NCBI GenBank assembly: GCA_977020255.1 | Contig: CDROCS010002224.1 | Coordinates: 372,001-436,000 of the forward strand | Source: Obrimoposthia wandeli | Lineage: Eukaryota | Reading direction: 5' to 3' | Length of the DNA stretch: 64,000 bases | Part shown: positions 22,503 to 36,400 of the stretch, piece by piece | Layout of the letters: every line of letters starts with the position of its first letter | Position numbering within the stretch: position 1 is the first letter of the stretch | Notes under the pieces: generated by a model | What the model was told of the DNA's origin: nothing | The model's database searches: none | The model's input: only the letters and a program-made list of their open reading frames with translations | Position numbers and translations under genes: made by a program

Positions 22503-23685
22503 CAACACCCATCGATTTTCACCCATCACCCGTCGACTTTCACCCATCACCAGTCGACTTTCTTCCATCACCCCAAAAAAGTCTGTGATATACAGCAGAG
22601 CGAGAAATTCGCCCATCACCCAAGGTAGTCTGTGATATACACCAGAGCGAGACATTCGCCCATCACGCAAGGTAGTCTGTGATATACACCAGAGCGAGAC
22701 ATTCGCCCATCACGCAAGGTAGTCTGTGATATACACCAGAGCGAGACATTCGCCCATCACCCAAGGTAGTCTGTGATATACAGCAGCCCGAGACATTCGC
22801 CCACCACCCAAGGTAGTCTGTGATATACAGCAGTCAGAGACATTCGCCCATCACGCAAGGTAGTCTGTGATATACACCAGAGCGAGACATTCGCCCATCA
22901 CCCAAGGTAGTCTGTGATATACAGCAGTCAGAGACATTCGCCCATCACGCAAGGTAGTCTGTCATATACACCAGAGCGAGACATTCGCCCATCACCCAAG
23001 GTAGTCTGTGATATACAGCAGTCAGAGACATTCGCCCATCACGCAAGGTAGTCTGTCATATACACCAGAGCGAGACATTCGCCCATCACCCAAGGTAGTC
23101 TGTGATATACAGCAGTCAGAGACATTCGCCCATCACGCAAGGTAGTCTGTCATATACACCAGAGCGAGACATTCGCCCATCACCCAAGGTAGTCTGTGAT
23201 ATACAGCAGTCAGAGACATTCGCCCATCACGCAAGGTAGTCTGTCATATACACCAGAGCGAGACATTCGCCCATCACCCAAGGTAGTCTGTGATATACAG
23301 CAGTCAGAGACATTCGCCCATCACGCAAGGTAGTCTGTCATATACACCAGAGCGAGACATTCGCCCATCACCCAAGGTAGTCTGTGATATACAGCAGTCA
23401 GAGACATTCGCCCATCACGCAAGGTAGTCTGTCATATACACCAGAGCGAGACATTCGCCCATCACCTAAGGTAGTTAGTGATATACACGAGTCCCGAGCC
23501 TTTCGCGCCTATAGGCGCGAAAAAAATGTTCGGGACCCCCTTTCCTTGTCCTTTAAAACCGTGCATGTGTATAGAGTGAAATTTCACTCCTCACACCTAC
23601 ACGAAATGTCACTCCACACACATGCACGGTTTTAAAGGACAAGGGGGGAGGGGTGTGTGGATTAGACCGGACACATCCACCTACT
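22503..23685 (-). repeat. Right TIR: 3 x 21-bp units, 20 x 47-bp units, nested palindrome
   Basis: GT(G/C)ATATA core every 47 bp from 22585 to 23478. A/B variants alternate as a 94-bp dimer from about 22807 to 23460. Inverted arms at about 23543-23648. Confidence 0.93.
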
Positions 23686-24194
23686 CTATTTTTCTATCAA
23701 CTTAACCTGCCCATAATTTTAGAGCAACCAGCTCTCTAAAATCAGTCCCTATTTTTAGAGGAAAGACTCTAGTAACTAAACAACCCTAAAATAAAATCGA
23801 TACGTGGATCATCCCCACTTTTTAGAGAATTGTGTAACATAACTAAAATTGTGTAGTGGTTTTTAGAACGTGTTTAACGTAAAGTTGTGTGTTTAGAAAT
23901 AAAGATTTCCTACAGTAAACCGTGTTTTACCAAACCGAACCCTTACCAGCAAGTAGTTGTTAACAACTTTACATACAACACCACACTGAGGGAACTTTGC
24001 AGCAACCACATACACAGCTCTTCACACATTTCACCACACCTAACCTTAGTAAACCTTCAGATACAAATTGAGATAGGCAAGCATAACACAAGTAGCCCAC
24101 AAACATCTACAAGTCCTGCTTCTATAGAACTCACGTTGGGGCCCTCCGTCTGAGGATCTATATTAGAAACAGTTTCATATAGAAACCCCAACAT

Positions 24195-24951
24195 ATGTAT
24201 TTTTTTAAAAACATTATTTTTTAATCAGTTTCCTTATTTTAGAATGGAGCCTCTTCTGAGATATGTAGGACATTTTTATTATCCAGAAAGAATTTCAAAA
24301 GGAAAACTATGTAATATATTAAAGAGGCATCAAATTATACGAGTTATGAATCCTGTGAAAATATCAAAAGTGGAGAATAAATATCTCATCGAAATTTTAA
24401 CAGCATCTGATATTGATCAATTGAAAAATATTTTGGGATTTTACATTCCTGATTATGTATATGAAGGAAATTATTTCCAGCTTGAAACTGGTCCCATTCT
24501 GGCTTTTAGAGATGATCTAGGATATTTTCAATGACGGGAAAATGCAGCCTCTTTGGACTTTAGTGAAGCCAATATGGTGTTTTATGTTTGATTTAATAAA
24601 TGTTTTGAAAATAATTTTGACTCGTATTTTGTTTTTCTCTTCTAAATTATATAGATCTGACCTATTTTTTCTATAAATTATAAAACTGACCTAGATATTT
24701 AAAAAAATGTAATAATTTATTCATCTAAAATCTTTCTTAAAAATAGTAGTAATATATTCACATAAACATATTATTTGAAATATCGTCTGCGATAAGCCGC
24801 CGGGGTCAATATGGATTCACATGGTATTCTCTAATCACCTTTGAGATTAGCGGTAAAATTTAAAGTAAAATAAAAAAGTGCACAGTTTAAAAGGACATTG
24901 GTAACTCCCTCGGGGGGAGGGGTTGGATTAGACCGGACATATCCACCTACT
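24195..24951 (+). mobile_element. Inverted left-end fragment of a related Polinton
   Basis: Copy of the 134-aa gene (24244-24590, frameshifted) and its downstream flank, ending in the intact terminus ggattagaccggacatatccacctact at 24951. Confidence 0.85.
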
Positions 24952-25049
24952 ATGCAACAAATGTATTATTTACTTCAATAAATATTATTTTAATTATCTT
25001 ATAATTAATCACTTCCTAGTATAATTATTCCTTTTTATTTGAAGAAATG

Positions 25050-25535
25050 GATCGCTAATGGTGAAATGTTGCGAAACACTGATGTATATGAAGAAAATTC
25101 TTTTCAGCTTGAAACTTTCCCTGATTAGCTTTTAGAGATGACCTAAATTATTTGGTTACTCCACATTTAGATGATGAAATATGGAATATTTCAATACGAC
25201 TTAATGGATCTTAATACAGACTCTTTGGACTTTGAAGGAAACTAATAAGGTGTTTTTATTTGATATTTTTAATAAATGTATTGAAATTCATTTCTGTTTA
25301 ATACATTGTTTTTTCATAAAATACATGAGTGTGACTACATATTTGTGTGCTACCAAAATTCATAAAGGATGTAGTAATTTATTCAATCAAAATTATCCTC
25401 TAAAATCTCATGTACGATAAGTCGATGGGGTTAATATGGATTCATAAGGTATCTTTAATTACTTTGAGGTCGGATATGAAATTCATACTCACATGCATGA
25501 AATTTTACTCCACACACGGTTTTAAAGGACAGGCG
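25050..25535 (+). mobile_element. Further, more decayed Polinton left-end fragment
   Basis: Fragments of the 134-aa gene (YEENSFQLET...FRDDL) and of the TIR (ttactccacacacggttttaaaggaca). Confidence 0.65.
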
Positions 25536-27105
25536 TACCATTCCCTCGATGTTGTTTAGATCCTCGAACAATGTCCTGTGCGACTTTTTTGATTGAATAG
25601 TTTGTTTATTCCTAAAATTATTTAAAGGATCGATTTTTGTACCTGTTTTCTCTCCTAGTCGCTTTTCTGTGTTAATAGACTCACTAATAAATTTAACTGT
25701 AAAATAACTTAATATCTGGAATATTTTGTCTATTTTTGAATGAAATATTCTTATTGGATACATAATGCAGACACTGGGATTTGAAATAAAATTTAATTGG
25801 TTCACATTGTTTTTAGATAAGAAATTAAAATATGATTAAATAAATAATTATTTAAAGTAAAATTTAACCTTAAAATAATAAAGGTTAAGGAAATAGATTA
25901 AATAAAAATTAATTGTATGAAATTAAATTTTTTTTAAATAAATTTAAATTTAAATAAGGATCTTGAAGAGATCATAAAATATGTATATAAAGTAGACAAT
26001 AGTGGGGAAAAAGCCAAAGAATATAGAATAATCGAAAAGCCTGATTTTAAATGCGTTACATCACAACACCGCCAACAACCAATTATATTTTCCCGCTGAT
26101 ATTAAAGTGAGTGACCTCAATAGACAGTCACACACATATTAAGAATTTTCCGCGACAAACACCTGACCAGCTGCAATACGCGACATTATCTCTGTCTCTC
26201 TCTTGTACACTGGGTTCGAAGTTGCCATGTTAAGACAAATAAATTCAGAAATCTGAAAAAACTATATAACAATCACTACAATAAAATAACAATAATTTTC
26301 ATAAACTGTGAGTGCAAATCAACTTGGCACTATTTAGTTGAAAACGTCATACTCAAGTGTAGTCAATCAAAAAGCAGATTTTATAGTTTCAGATAATCAC
26401 AAATTTGCATTAATCATTTAAAAAACGAGTAGTTTAAAAATGTGATCGTAAGTTGAATAGCAAATTAATTTGTACTTTATAAACTGAAATTTTGCAAACT
26501 GATTATAACATCTGATCCACTCAGCACCATTTTTGTGAACTTATGACAAGAAAATAAATCTATCGTTTAACATTATTCTGGAACATATGCGTCATATATT
26601 AGGAATTGTGCATAGTGCTACAGACAAATTGATTTGTAAAATCATTAACATTGTTCACAATTATATTACCAATTGATAGATGAGCTTCAAATAGTAAATA
26701 TTTTCTACCTATTTTCTATAAACATACACACATACTCAAATACAAACTTAATTTATATAATTTAGATCGTACTTATATTATCAAGCATGATTCCTAATGT
26801 ATGTCGCATATGCACAGTAACTAGACATTTAGTGTTTACATCATGCGGTTTTCACTCGCTGGCTTTCTTTAACACTATCTGATTCACTAAAACGTCGGGT
26901 AAATGCATAAATTTATCGACACACACTAACTCATGTTAGAACAACTCAAATGGTTAATGCAAATTTGTGATAATTTGAAATCACAAATCTAAATTTTGAT
27001 TATGTTCGAGCAAAAGTAGATAAGATGCTGAGTCAGTGAAAGTCAAATCGAGACCTAATAAAAATTAGAAAATGTGTGTATGTGTGGAGTGAAAGAGAGC
27101 CAAGG

Positions 27106-27483
27106 TCAGGACAGCGGGAGGCGGTTGGCGCACATTGAGAAGAGGTCATCGGAGGAGTTGCACTGTCTGACCGTAGGAACAGGTTGAACTAGGAGCAGAG
27201 TAGCGGGGGCTGCGGCTAGCGAGGTTGATGATGATGTAGGCACAGGCTCGACGGTGTCGGAGAAGCAGCACATGCAGCCGCACCCGGTGGCACACACACC
27301 ATATGACAATAGGCCACCGTCTTGCTGCTGCTGTCGGGAGAACCACAAGCGAATGTGGGAGACGTGGCCACCGTGATGGCACTCACTACACAGGAGAAGC
27401 AGTCCGCGAGCAGGTAGACGACAAACACTGCACACCACCACGCCACAGCCGCTCTGAGCCTCTTCTGCAATGGTAGTAGTCAT
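27106..27483 (-). CDS. WDR59: Terminal exon: WDR59-type C-terminal RING/zinc domain
   Basis: CSVCRLPARGLLLLCSECHHGGHVSHIRLWF...CATGCGCMC. The WF and TGCGCxC pattern fits WDR59 better than WDR24 or MIOS. Confidence 0.85.
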   Translation of the reverse strand: MTTTIAEEAQSGCGVVVCSVCRLPARGLLLLCSECHHGGHVSHIRLWFSRQQQQDGGLLSYGVCATGCGCMCCFSDTVEPVPTSSSTSLAAAPATLLLVQPVPTVRQCNSSDDLFSMCANRLPLS

Positions 27484-30400
27484 CTACTAGATCAGAGGGA
27501 CTACCAATGTCTTCTTTAATATTCTTCTTGTTAGACGTATTTTGTACCGACATGATAAACTATCTATATACAATTATTGCTGAGGTAAAATTAATCAACA
27601 AATTAATTGAATAAAATAATATCCTAATATGTTGAGTTTATAACAATTCGAAAATTAACAATATAACAATTTAAAAATAGTAGGGAGGACAAGTTAAAGT
27701 CATGATGAGGTAAACTTAACCCATTATAAGCCAGGTTCACAATTTTTTGATTTTTTAAAATGCTTTTTCCCACAATATAGTTTAAAAGGCGTAGAAACAT
27801 TTTGTACTAGTCAGAACTAATTTATCTAAAAAAATAGCTGAGATATGGGCTGATCTCATATGAGATCACTGGGATAATAAGGTACTAAATGTATAGTTAA
27901 TTCAAACAAAAACACCAATTTTTGAACAATGTATCACATTCTGTGATACGGTAAAAAACAATAGACACATAATGAGATATTGCATTTTGAGCCATATGTT
28001 CTTGGTCGTAAAGAACAGGGCTTGTATTGACATCTTCTTTGATGATCCCGTTTTCTTATAATGTGACCTTTGGAGTCAAATCGAATACTTGGTTCATTTT
28101 TTGATGGTCCGGGAACTGATTTTTTTCAACCAAGCTGACATCTAGGACTTGCCAATTTTAAATATGACATGGTAATAGCTCTTCTAAAAAAGACAACAAA
28201 TACATAGATTCTTTTGGATCATCATGTACAAATTTGTAAATTATCCATGAATTTACCACTGCCATATCAATAATACGAGTAAAAAGAGGCCAATACCACT
28301 TTTTACCTCGAATTGATGTTGAGTATTTATTTGCTAACCAATCATGTTTGTCAACACCTCCATGTAAACATTATAGTTTTTCACTGTATTTGGTTGAGAA
28401 ACATACCCTCTTATCTTTATGTCTTTTTGCCAACGTTGTACTTTTCCTAATGGCTCTACTGTGTCGTAATTAGTCCCAACAATTACACATTTGTTATCAA
28501 GCCATTTAACATTTAGAATTTCCTCATTCGAGTCAAATCTATAGTCGTATGACCCCCTTTTCTGTTTTTCGTTTCTTTTGATTCGATCAACGGACAATTA
28601 TTTAATCTATTTTCACGCTTTGTCCCAGTTGCTTGAAAACCAACGTTGCAAAGGTGTACTAACAATTCATATCCGGTGAACAAATTATCAAAAAATACTG
28701 TATGTGATTGTGGTATTTTTACTACATCCAACATATTTAGTAAAACTTTGAAGCCCAGTAAAAGATCTGCCCTTTTATCATCGGTGGCGCCTTTACCACA
28801 ATAAAGATCTAAATTGTAGCAGTGGCCAGACACACCACATAATGCCCAAAGTTTGTACCCAAATCTTTCAGGCTTTCCTTTTATAAACTGATTTAAAGGA
28901 TTGTGGCCAAAATATTTTACAATCATTTCGTCCACTGCAAGACACTCTTCAAACATCCCAAATTTCATAAACGATTTTTGTGTTGATGATATTAGTTTTC
29001 GGATTTTGAACTCTCCATCATATTTATTGTTTTCTGCATCATCATTGTCACAAAAATGTATAATATTTTTCAATGTTTGAAATTGGGATCTTTTCATAGC
29101 ATTCTTTACAACTTGTATTCCCAAATCTTCATCATTTGACCAATAATTTCGTTCTGTCGGTAACTTATGGTATCCAGAAAATATAAGTATACATATACAT
29201 TTTTTTATGTCCTCTAAGTTTATTGAAACATCCATTTTGTTTTTACATAATTTTGCATACCTAACAGTTTCTCTTATTATTAAATCCTATATTTCCGTTG
29301 AAAATAATTCTTCGAACAATTCAACTGGAGTGGAAAATGCATGATTTTCTTTCAGGTCCTTTAAATTATTATTATATGTTTCCTCCCGTTTATATCCCTT
29401 GGTATATCTAGGTTCCTTATATCTCCATATTGGTACCGAATCACAAAGCTTTCGTTTTTTTCTATGCAAAAGCGTTTTTTTAAGATTTCAATAGATTGAT
29501 TAAAATTTAATTTAATATCATTACCTATAACTTGGCTGCTGTTGAATCAGCCACATGTAATTCCAGTATACCTGGAACATCTTCAATTATTGCTTCTGCA
29601 GTACCTTCGTCATCGGCATCGTCATTGTCTGTCAACTCATCCACTTCGGGAGGAATAATAATGACTTCCGCCGAATCGATATATCCATCTTCAACAGCGT
29701 CCTTCAACCGAACTTTGATCTCATCCAATGTCAAAGATTTGATACTTAGATGTGACATGTTTGTAATATATTTAAATAAAAAGGATGGTTTCATATATTT
29801 ATTGAGAACTATGCAGATCTTATCGTATAATATGTTTAATCCCCTACTAAAATCATTACGTAATATGACTAAATACCCTACATTATCCCAGTGATGCCAT
29901 ATGAGATCAGTAAATTGTAACAACGTTTTCTCTTGACAAACAATACATTCTCATGTATTTAAAAAAGTAGATGATTACTGTATTTCTTATTTATTAGTCG
30001 AACTAAAATTCAACTCGTTATTTTAATTTATACTATACAAATACACTCTATTTATACTACCATCCCTAATTTTGAAATTTTCAACATTTTAAATTCATGT
30101 TTAGACCAATTAATTTTTTTAAATTATTAAATTAATGACGTATATGTATAGAAAAATATGTAGTCTATTTGTAAAATCTATAAAAAGTACATAAACCTCT
30201 ATAGTTGTTTATATGGGGTGATCTCATATGAGATCATTGGGTTAATATGGATTAAGGTCATCAGGTTATGACACCCACGAGGTCAAATTAAGGTCATTAC
30301 CTCATGAGGTCACGGCCAAAGTCACAAAGACATCGATGACTCATGTCCTTTGTTCTTTATATTTACAATTAAAAGTTGAATATTTTTAAATAACTGCAAC

Positions 30401-33400
30401 GTAGAATATTTAAACCAATCAAAATTAGGATAGAAATTGATATATAAGTAAAGTCAAAATTCAAAAGTCATTATAAATAATTGGTTATATCTTTTCCCCT
30501 TATAAACGCAGCATTATGTCTGTTATTCCACTTTAATGAATGAGGTACCGTTATTTAACATGGCTACTATGTTAAGCCATTATAAATATTTATCAGTTTA
30601 AATAATAGATGTTTCGTGCTTGATAGTAGGATGCTTTCATGGATTCTATGCTTTTCTATCACAAATTCTCTTAAAGCCTAATACTTGTTATTTTTCTCTT
30701 CTTAAACCTTTCAACCACCACGAAATTATCCTCTTTTCAATTTTCTGAACTTCACCACATATATCGAATACATCAATAATTTCCTTTTAGATCATAATTA
30801 GTAGATATATCCTAATTTTACATCTTATACCTTCAGTTTCTTCGATATTTATCAGAAAGCTATAGTTGTTATTATCTTATGATAAACAATATTGATATAC
30901 AATATGGAATTGAAAATATGAAAAATAATAAAGAGATAGAAATAATGTAATGTTTTATAATTAGATACATTTTTGTAGGTAATACCAGGTACATATTCTA
31001 TGAGTATTGTACATATATTTTTTGTAAGTATTCACACACACACACACAATATTACTATTTGTTCTATTTCCTTGATCTATTCAATCAATTGCGAATCTTT
31101 TACATTAATCAATCAGAACACATTCAAACTATATTCCAATTTCCAATGGATTACTATGTTTCTAATACCAATTGCTCCATCTAATCATCCTCCCAGGTAT
31201 GTTTACTATATTTATATTTTCTATACGTTGCCTTTGAAAAAGTGAATTATGCCCCGCAAAATTGGATATTTCAGATGAAAGGTATAGAAAATATAAATAT
31301 AGTAAACATATCTCACAATCAAAATATCCTAAATCTCTTATAAATCACATTGATTTCTCTTCAACAGCATCTCTTCTAAATCAAATAAAATTTTATTAAT
31401 TTATCACTCAAACATTACTTCTAATATTCTTATTGGATATATATATTCCAAGTTTCAATTGAATACTAGATTAGAAAAATCAATTCTTAACAATAATTGA
31501 CTCTTAAGTTCTTGAGATTTAATGACTAATAATCGGTGAAATTTTATTTGTATAATAATAAACAATAACATGTAGAATATTCATGATTGATCTATGAAAA
31601 ATCGTTAATCTCAGTTTAACATCTCTGTAACTGAAGATTTCATAATATAGTTTTGAATAAGTTTCTTTAGAAAGCATATGCTTAGTCTTATAGTATGTTG
31701 AAGAGTATAAGGAGAGATGAGGAAGTTATGAAATTGATTGTGAGGAGATAAGATGAAATATGAAATGACTTATGAAAGATGAAGTGATGCCCACATTTTA
31801 GTACGCTTAAGTACGCTTAGTATATTAACCTCTTTTGTTATTTTATTTTATGATGCATTAAAATAACTTTTCAAATACTCGTAACCATAGCAAACATATA
31901 TTTAGAATAAAAATTTTGAATTTGCACGCATTGAAATTGATACATTAAAACAAAACTTCTTGTTATTTTATGATGCAATAAAATCACTTTTTAAATATTC
32001 GTACCATAACAAACATATATTTAGAATATAACTTTTGAATTTGCGCGCATTGAAATTGATGCATTAAAACAAAACAACTTCTTTTACTTTGTGATGCAGA
32101 AAAATCCCTTTTCAAATCACGTTTCACTATATAATACATGATCAGCTTTACACATGTAACTACATAAAGTTGCATGTTTTTGTAATATACATACATACAT
32201 GATTAAGCTTTATTAAACACTTACAAACACGTACATATATTATTTTGTTTCAACTTAATTATAAAGGAAATACATTTAGTGGCAAATTTTTACAAAACAA
32301 TAACATATACAAGCATGATTCTTCTTTGTTAAACATATATATGTTACTAGTAATCAAATACGCTCACATACACAGATATTCTTATAGCTTTATTAAAAAG
32401 AGCAAATAAATTTACCTTTGATTCTATAAGTTATTTTATAAAATATATTTTAAGTTAAAAAGTAAATCATGTGTAAATACTTATAAAACTTGATTGATAT
32501 TAGTTACTTATAAAATATAAGTAAACTATTTTTAAATAAAATTACTTTGATATTATTTATATTAATAATTTAGATTTTAATAAACTTTATTTAAATTTAA
32601 TTAGTTATAAAAAAAGTAGTAAAATATTAAAATATTTATCTTATATACTCTTCCTGAATTAATTAGTTTTTTTGATGCAGTGAAACAAATTCTAATGTTA
32701 TAAAATTCCAATTTAAATAATATATACATTAAAAAACCTAGATACATTGACGTGATTAAAATTATATTATACATTATGCATTTAGTTAAATGACTTTTGT
32801 TTAAATAATATCTTACGAAATTGATGTATTTTAACAAAATGACTTTATTTTGTTATCTTTAGATAATATTATAAATTGTTTAAAAGATACTTTGTAAATT
32901 CTATTTTTTGGAAACACTTCGTAAGAATAATTTTTAACTTATCTAATTTGAATTTAGAAGTAGAATTTAAAACATTAATTTTAAATTTTGATAAGTGGAA
33001 ACATCTGCTTAATTATACACCCACATGCTTGAGTGATCTATCCAAGTGGAAACATCTATCTAATTATTTACACACACGTTTCTTGAGGAATGTATCCAAG
33101 TGAAAATATATGTTTAATAACATAGAAACATATCAGATGGAATTTACATCATCATCCTTAGTGATAAAGTTAATAATAATATCCGTCTTTGTTACACACA
33201 CGTATAAGAAAAAATATTTTTAAAAATACTTAGCAAATTAAATAATATTTATTTTTATGACTAGATAATTTAATTATATTTATAAATTTATTTTTATAAC
33301 TAGATAGTACGGTTAGCTACTTTTAATAGTAAGTGACTAATTTTTTTTAAAAAACTTTTTTTATGACGTTTAAAACAGTTTTGTAAAAACTCTAACTAAA

Positions 33401-36400
33401 AGTTAGAGTTTTTCCCTCCCACCCTGTTTTATGTATTGTTACCTTGGCTGTGACCTCATGAGGTCATGACCTTGAGTTTACTTCATCATATCCTTAACTT
33501 GTCCTTGGGGGATACCAATGTCTTAGTTCCGAAAGACACACATCCCCTATTCAAAATATTTTAAAAAAATTAATACCATGGTATTTATTTATGACTAAAT
33601 ATAGGTATATATGCAGAATAATAACTGCAGCTAGCCAATAAGAAAGGCAACAAAAGAAATTCTAGATAGTTTAAGAATCTCAGAATCTATTTGCCAGAGA
33701 GGCTCTGCGAAAAGGAGAATGCAACTATCTAAAAAAACGAATCTATTTACTTAGAACTTAGAAACATATCAAAATATCCAACCCGATATAATCTCAGCCT
33801 CGAACTGTTATATAAATCTACCTACGTTACCCAATGCGGTAATCAGTTGTAACATAGACATAGGTATACCACCAAATACATACAACTTTTATAAACTTTG
33901 GTTGGAGTGTTATATTCGAGTTTATTTGTGGATTGATACGGACTTGAATAATCTATGTGTATGCAATATATTGTTACATTAGCTATAAAGTTATTTTGAA
34001 TCATCGAACTTTAAGCATATCCTCACAGGAAGAACATTAATAAAACATTATAAAATAAGCTAATCTTGGATGAACCAAGCTGTGAAGCATTTGGCACATA
34101 TACTGAATGCTAGGTTCATTCATAATCGCCATGTTCAGCTTATCAAAAATGAATCTTTATGCATTCGTATTAAATCGTACGATTTCAATAAAGAATCCTT
34201 GTAAAGTTTGAAAATAAGTTGGGACATTCATATTGATACATCTACGCTATCCTGAGAGTAACTTTGGAAGAAACCAGCTAGTAGATGGTTCGATTAGTCT
34301 TTCGCTCCTTAATGCATGTATGACGATCGATTTCACCAGAGTATCACCCGGCATCAAGGTAATCAGATTTTAAGTCTATAAGTTCCAAAAAATTGCCTTT
34401 AATATTGACTTAAATAATTCCGGGGTTTTCGTAAATTAGTTCTTCCATGAGAATCAGTTGTTAAAATTTTAGTTAAATGATGAATAAAATTTAGTTATAC
34501 ATTTTATTGTTCTTTGTGTTTTTAAGGACCACACATACATTTATATTTATACAATTTTAATATAAAAGATAAGATAAGATAAGTTATCAATACGCATAAT
34601 TTTACAAGGCTTGATTCATATATACATTCTTAAATTATATTACAGTTCATTTCATTTCATTTTGCTAGCTTTAATACTCTAAGTATATCGATGCCTTTTA
34701 GAACCACAAAACCACAACAAAAAACATTTTAAAATAAATTGATAGTAAATTTGGAAGAATATCAATAAATTCCTATTTAAGTAATAATTAGATTCTAGCA
34801 ATACATACAGGAGTTCGTAAATGCCTCTTTTCCTTGTTATCAATTGTGATATATTTCATATATTTGTGATCATAAAAACATTGTAGTATCGACAAATGAA
34901 ATTTAATATTAACACAGCCCGACAACATCTCTATAAATACAGTACTATATATGGCGAAGAAGAATATTTAGAAATTCCATCAAACACATTTTGGTTAGAA
35001 AAATGTAAGAAACAGGTTGTGTGAAGAATAAAATATTGTTGCATAATTAGTGTCGATTTTTAATTTCAGAATTTTAATATAAAGAGACTTACGTAATATG
35101 CCGGACACTGGCAGCAGAGTGACAGAGAGCTCATCACGCTGAGGCCCCAGTCGGAGATGGGCCGGGACGTATTTGCCGGTTATACCCCGAGAGACGGTGA
35201 GCAGTTGCTGGGCAACGAGGATCTGCGAGTAATGGAGCAGCAGCAGGCAGTAGTGACCAAGTTTGTGATCCGGGATGAGTCTATGAATGGGACAGACGAT
35301 GGCTGTGGATCAACATCGAGATAAAGGAAGATTTTGGAGTAAAATCAGCTTTACACTTAGACGACCGAATATTTTACTTTTAAATAAAATTTAATTATTT
35401 GCTTTACAGTAAAATCTATCAAAGCTAACTTGAGAGGTAAATAGATACATCATGCTGATGATGAATATTAGAACCTATTTAATAACCATATAAATAACTA
35501 CAATGTACTAACTGACATCGGGATCTGTGGGTCATTATTGAGTCGCGTAAGAATGGGTCGATTGGTGCAACTTTGTCTCGATCTTCCCAACTATTATGGA
35601 GACGCGACTTCGTGTTGCCTAGACGGTTAGATGACGATAATTAAGATGATGGCGACGAGGAGAATGAAAATAATAATGAGAATAATGAGGGTGATGATGT
35701 TGCTGGCGATGGTGATAAGACCTATCAATGCAACACACAATTCCACCTAATCATACGGTGTCCGACTCACCATAGTTGGTGGACTTCGGCACTTGATGAT
35801 CACCAAACATAGAGGAAGCAGCGGAAGAAGGTTGACAGTAATAATCATAGCCAGAAATCTGCAAAGCAATATCACATACTACAGTCACTACAGTCATATG
35901 ATGCCAACTCGTATTACATATATATCGATCATGGGGTCCCCAATCATCGCACCATAATTTCAATTGTAGGATACCCAATAATTCATCTAACCCATCACAT
36001 CGATCGTGTTGCTCGTTATTGACGAAGAGATTCCGATCGTCACCGAGCTTGCAGTTCCCTCCTCCACTATTCGGAATCGGCGCCCACACTCAGGACCATC
36101 CGAAACAATGTTGACGAACCCCAAAGGCAGCGATTGCTGTGTCCAAGTTATGGTGGTTGACCCTATACATGATTTTTTCCCAAATACGCTATATTCCTCT
36201 TCTATTAGAGTGCGCAAACAAAATATAAAGTTTTATCTGACTTTACGTCAGTGATAAGGAAACGATTTAGTGTCAACTATTTTCAGAACCAATAGTACGT
36301 AGATTTTTTGAGTCAATACTTATTTAATTTCTATTGCGTTGATTATGAAATAGCTAAATGCTGGTTACGGTAATTTCTTTAATCAAAATATTTGTCACAA

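Larger units (their letters stand above)
6183..23685. mobile_element. Full-length Polinton/Maverick (about 17.5 kb, including a 1.66-kb LTR-like insertion)
   Basis: Inverted termini AGTAGGTGGATGTGTCCGGTCTAATCCACAC at 6183 and ending at 23685. 6-bp flanks CTATAT (6177-6182) and CTATTT (23686-23691). Integrase, ATPase, penton, MCP, protease and pPolB motifs lie inside. Confidence 0.95.

Noticed and set aside
22503-23490. CRISPR-like array
   Set aside because: The units are contiguous near-identical 47-mers with no unique spacers, there are no cas genes, and the array lies within a Polinton TIR.
23716-23830. TTTTAGAGC motifs resembling a Cas9 repeat
   Set aside because: Short AT-rich matches with irregular spacing in a eukaryotic repeat; no array.
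35560-35710. His-rich or Ile-rich reading frames
   Set aside because: Trinucleotide-like low-complexity sequence with stops in all three minus-strand frames; probably intronic.
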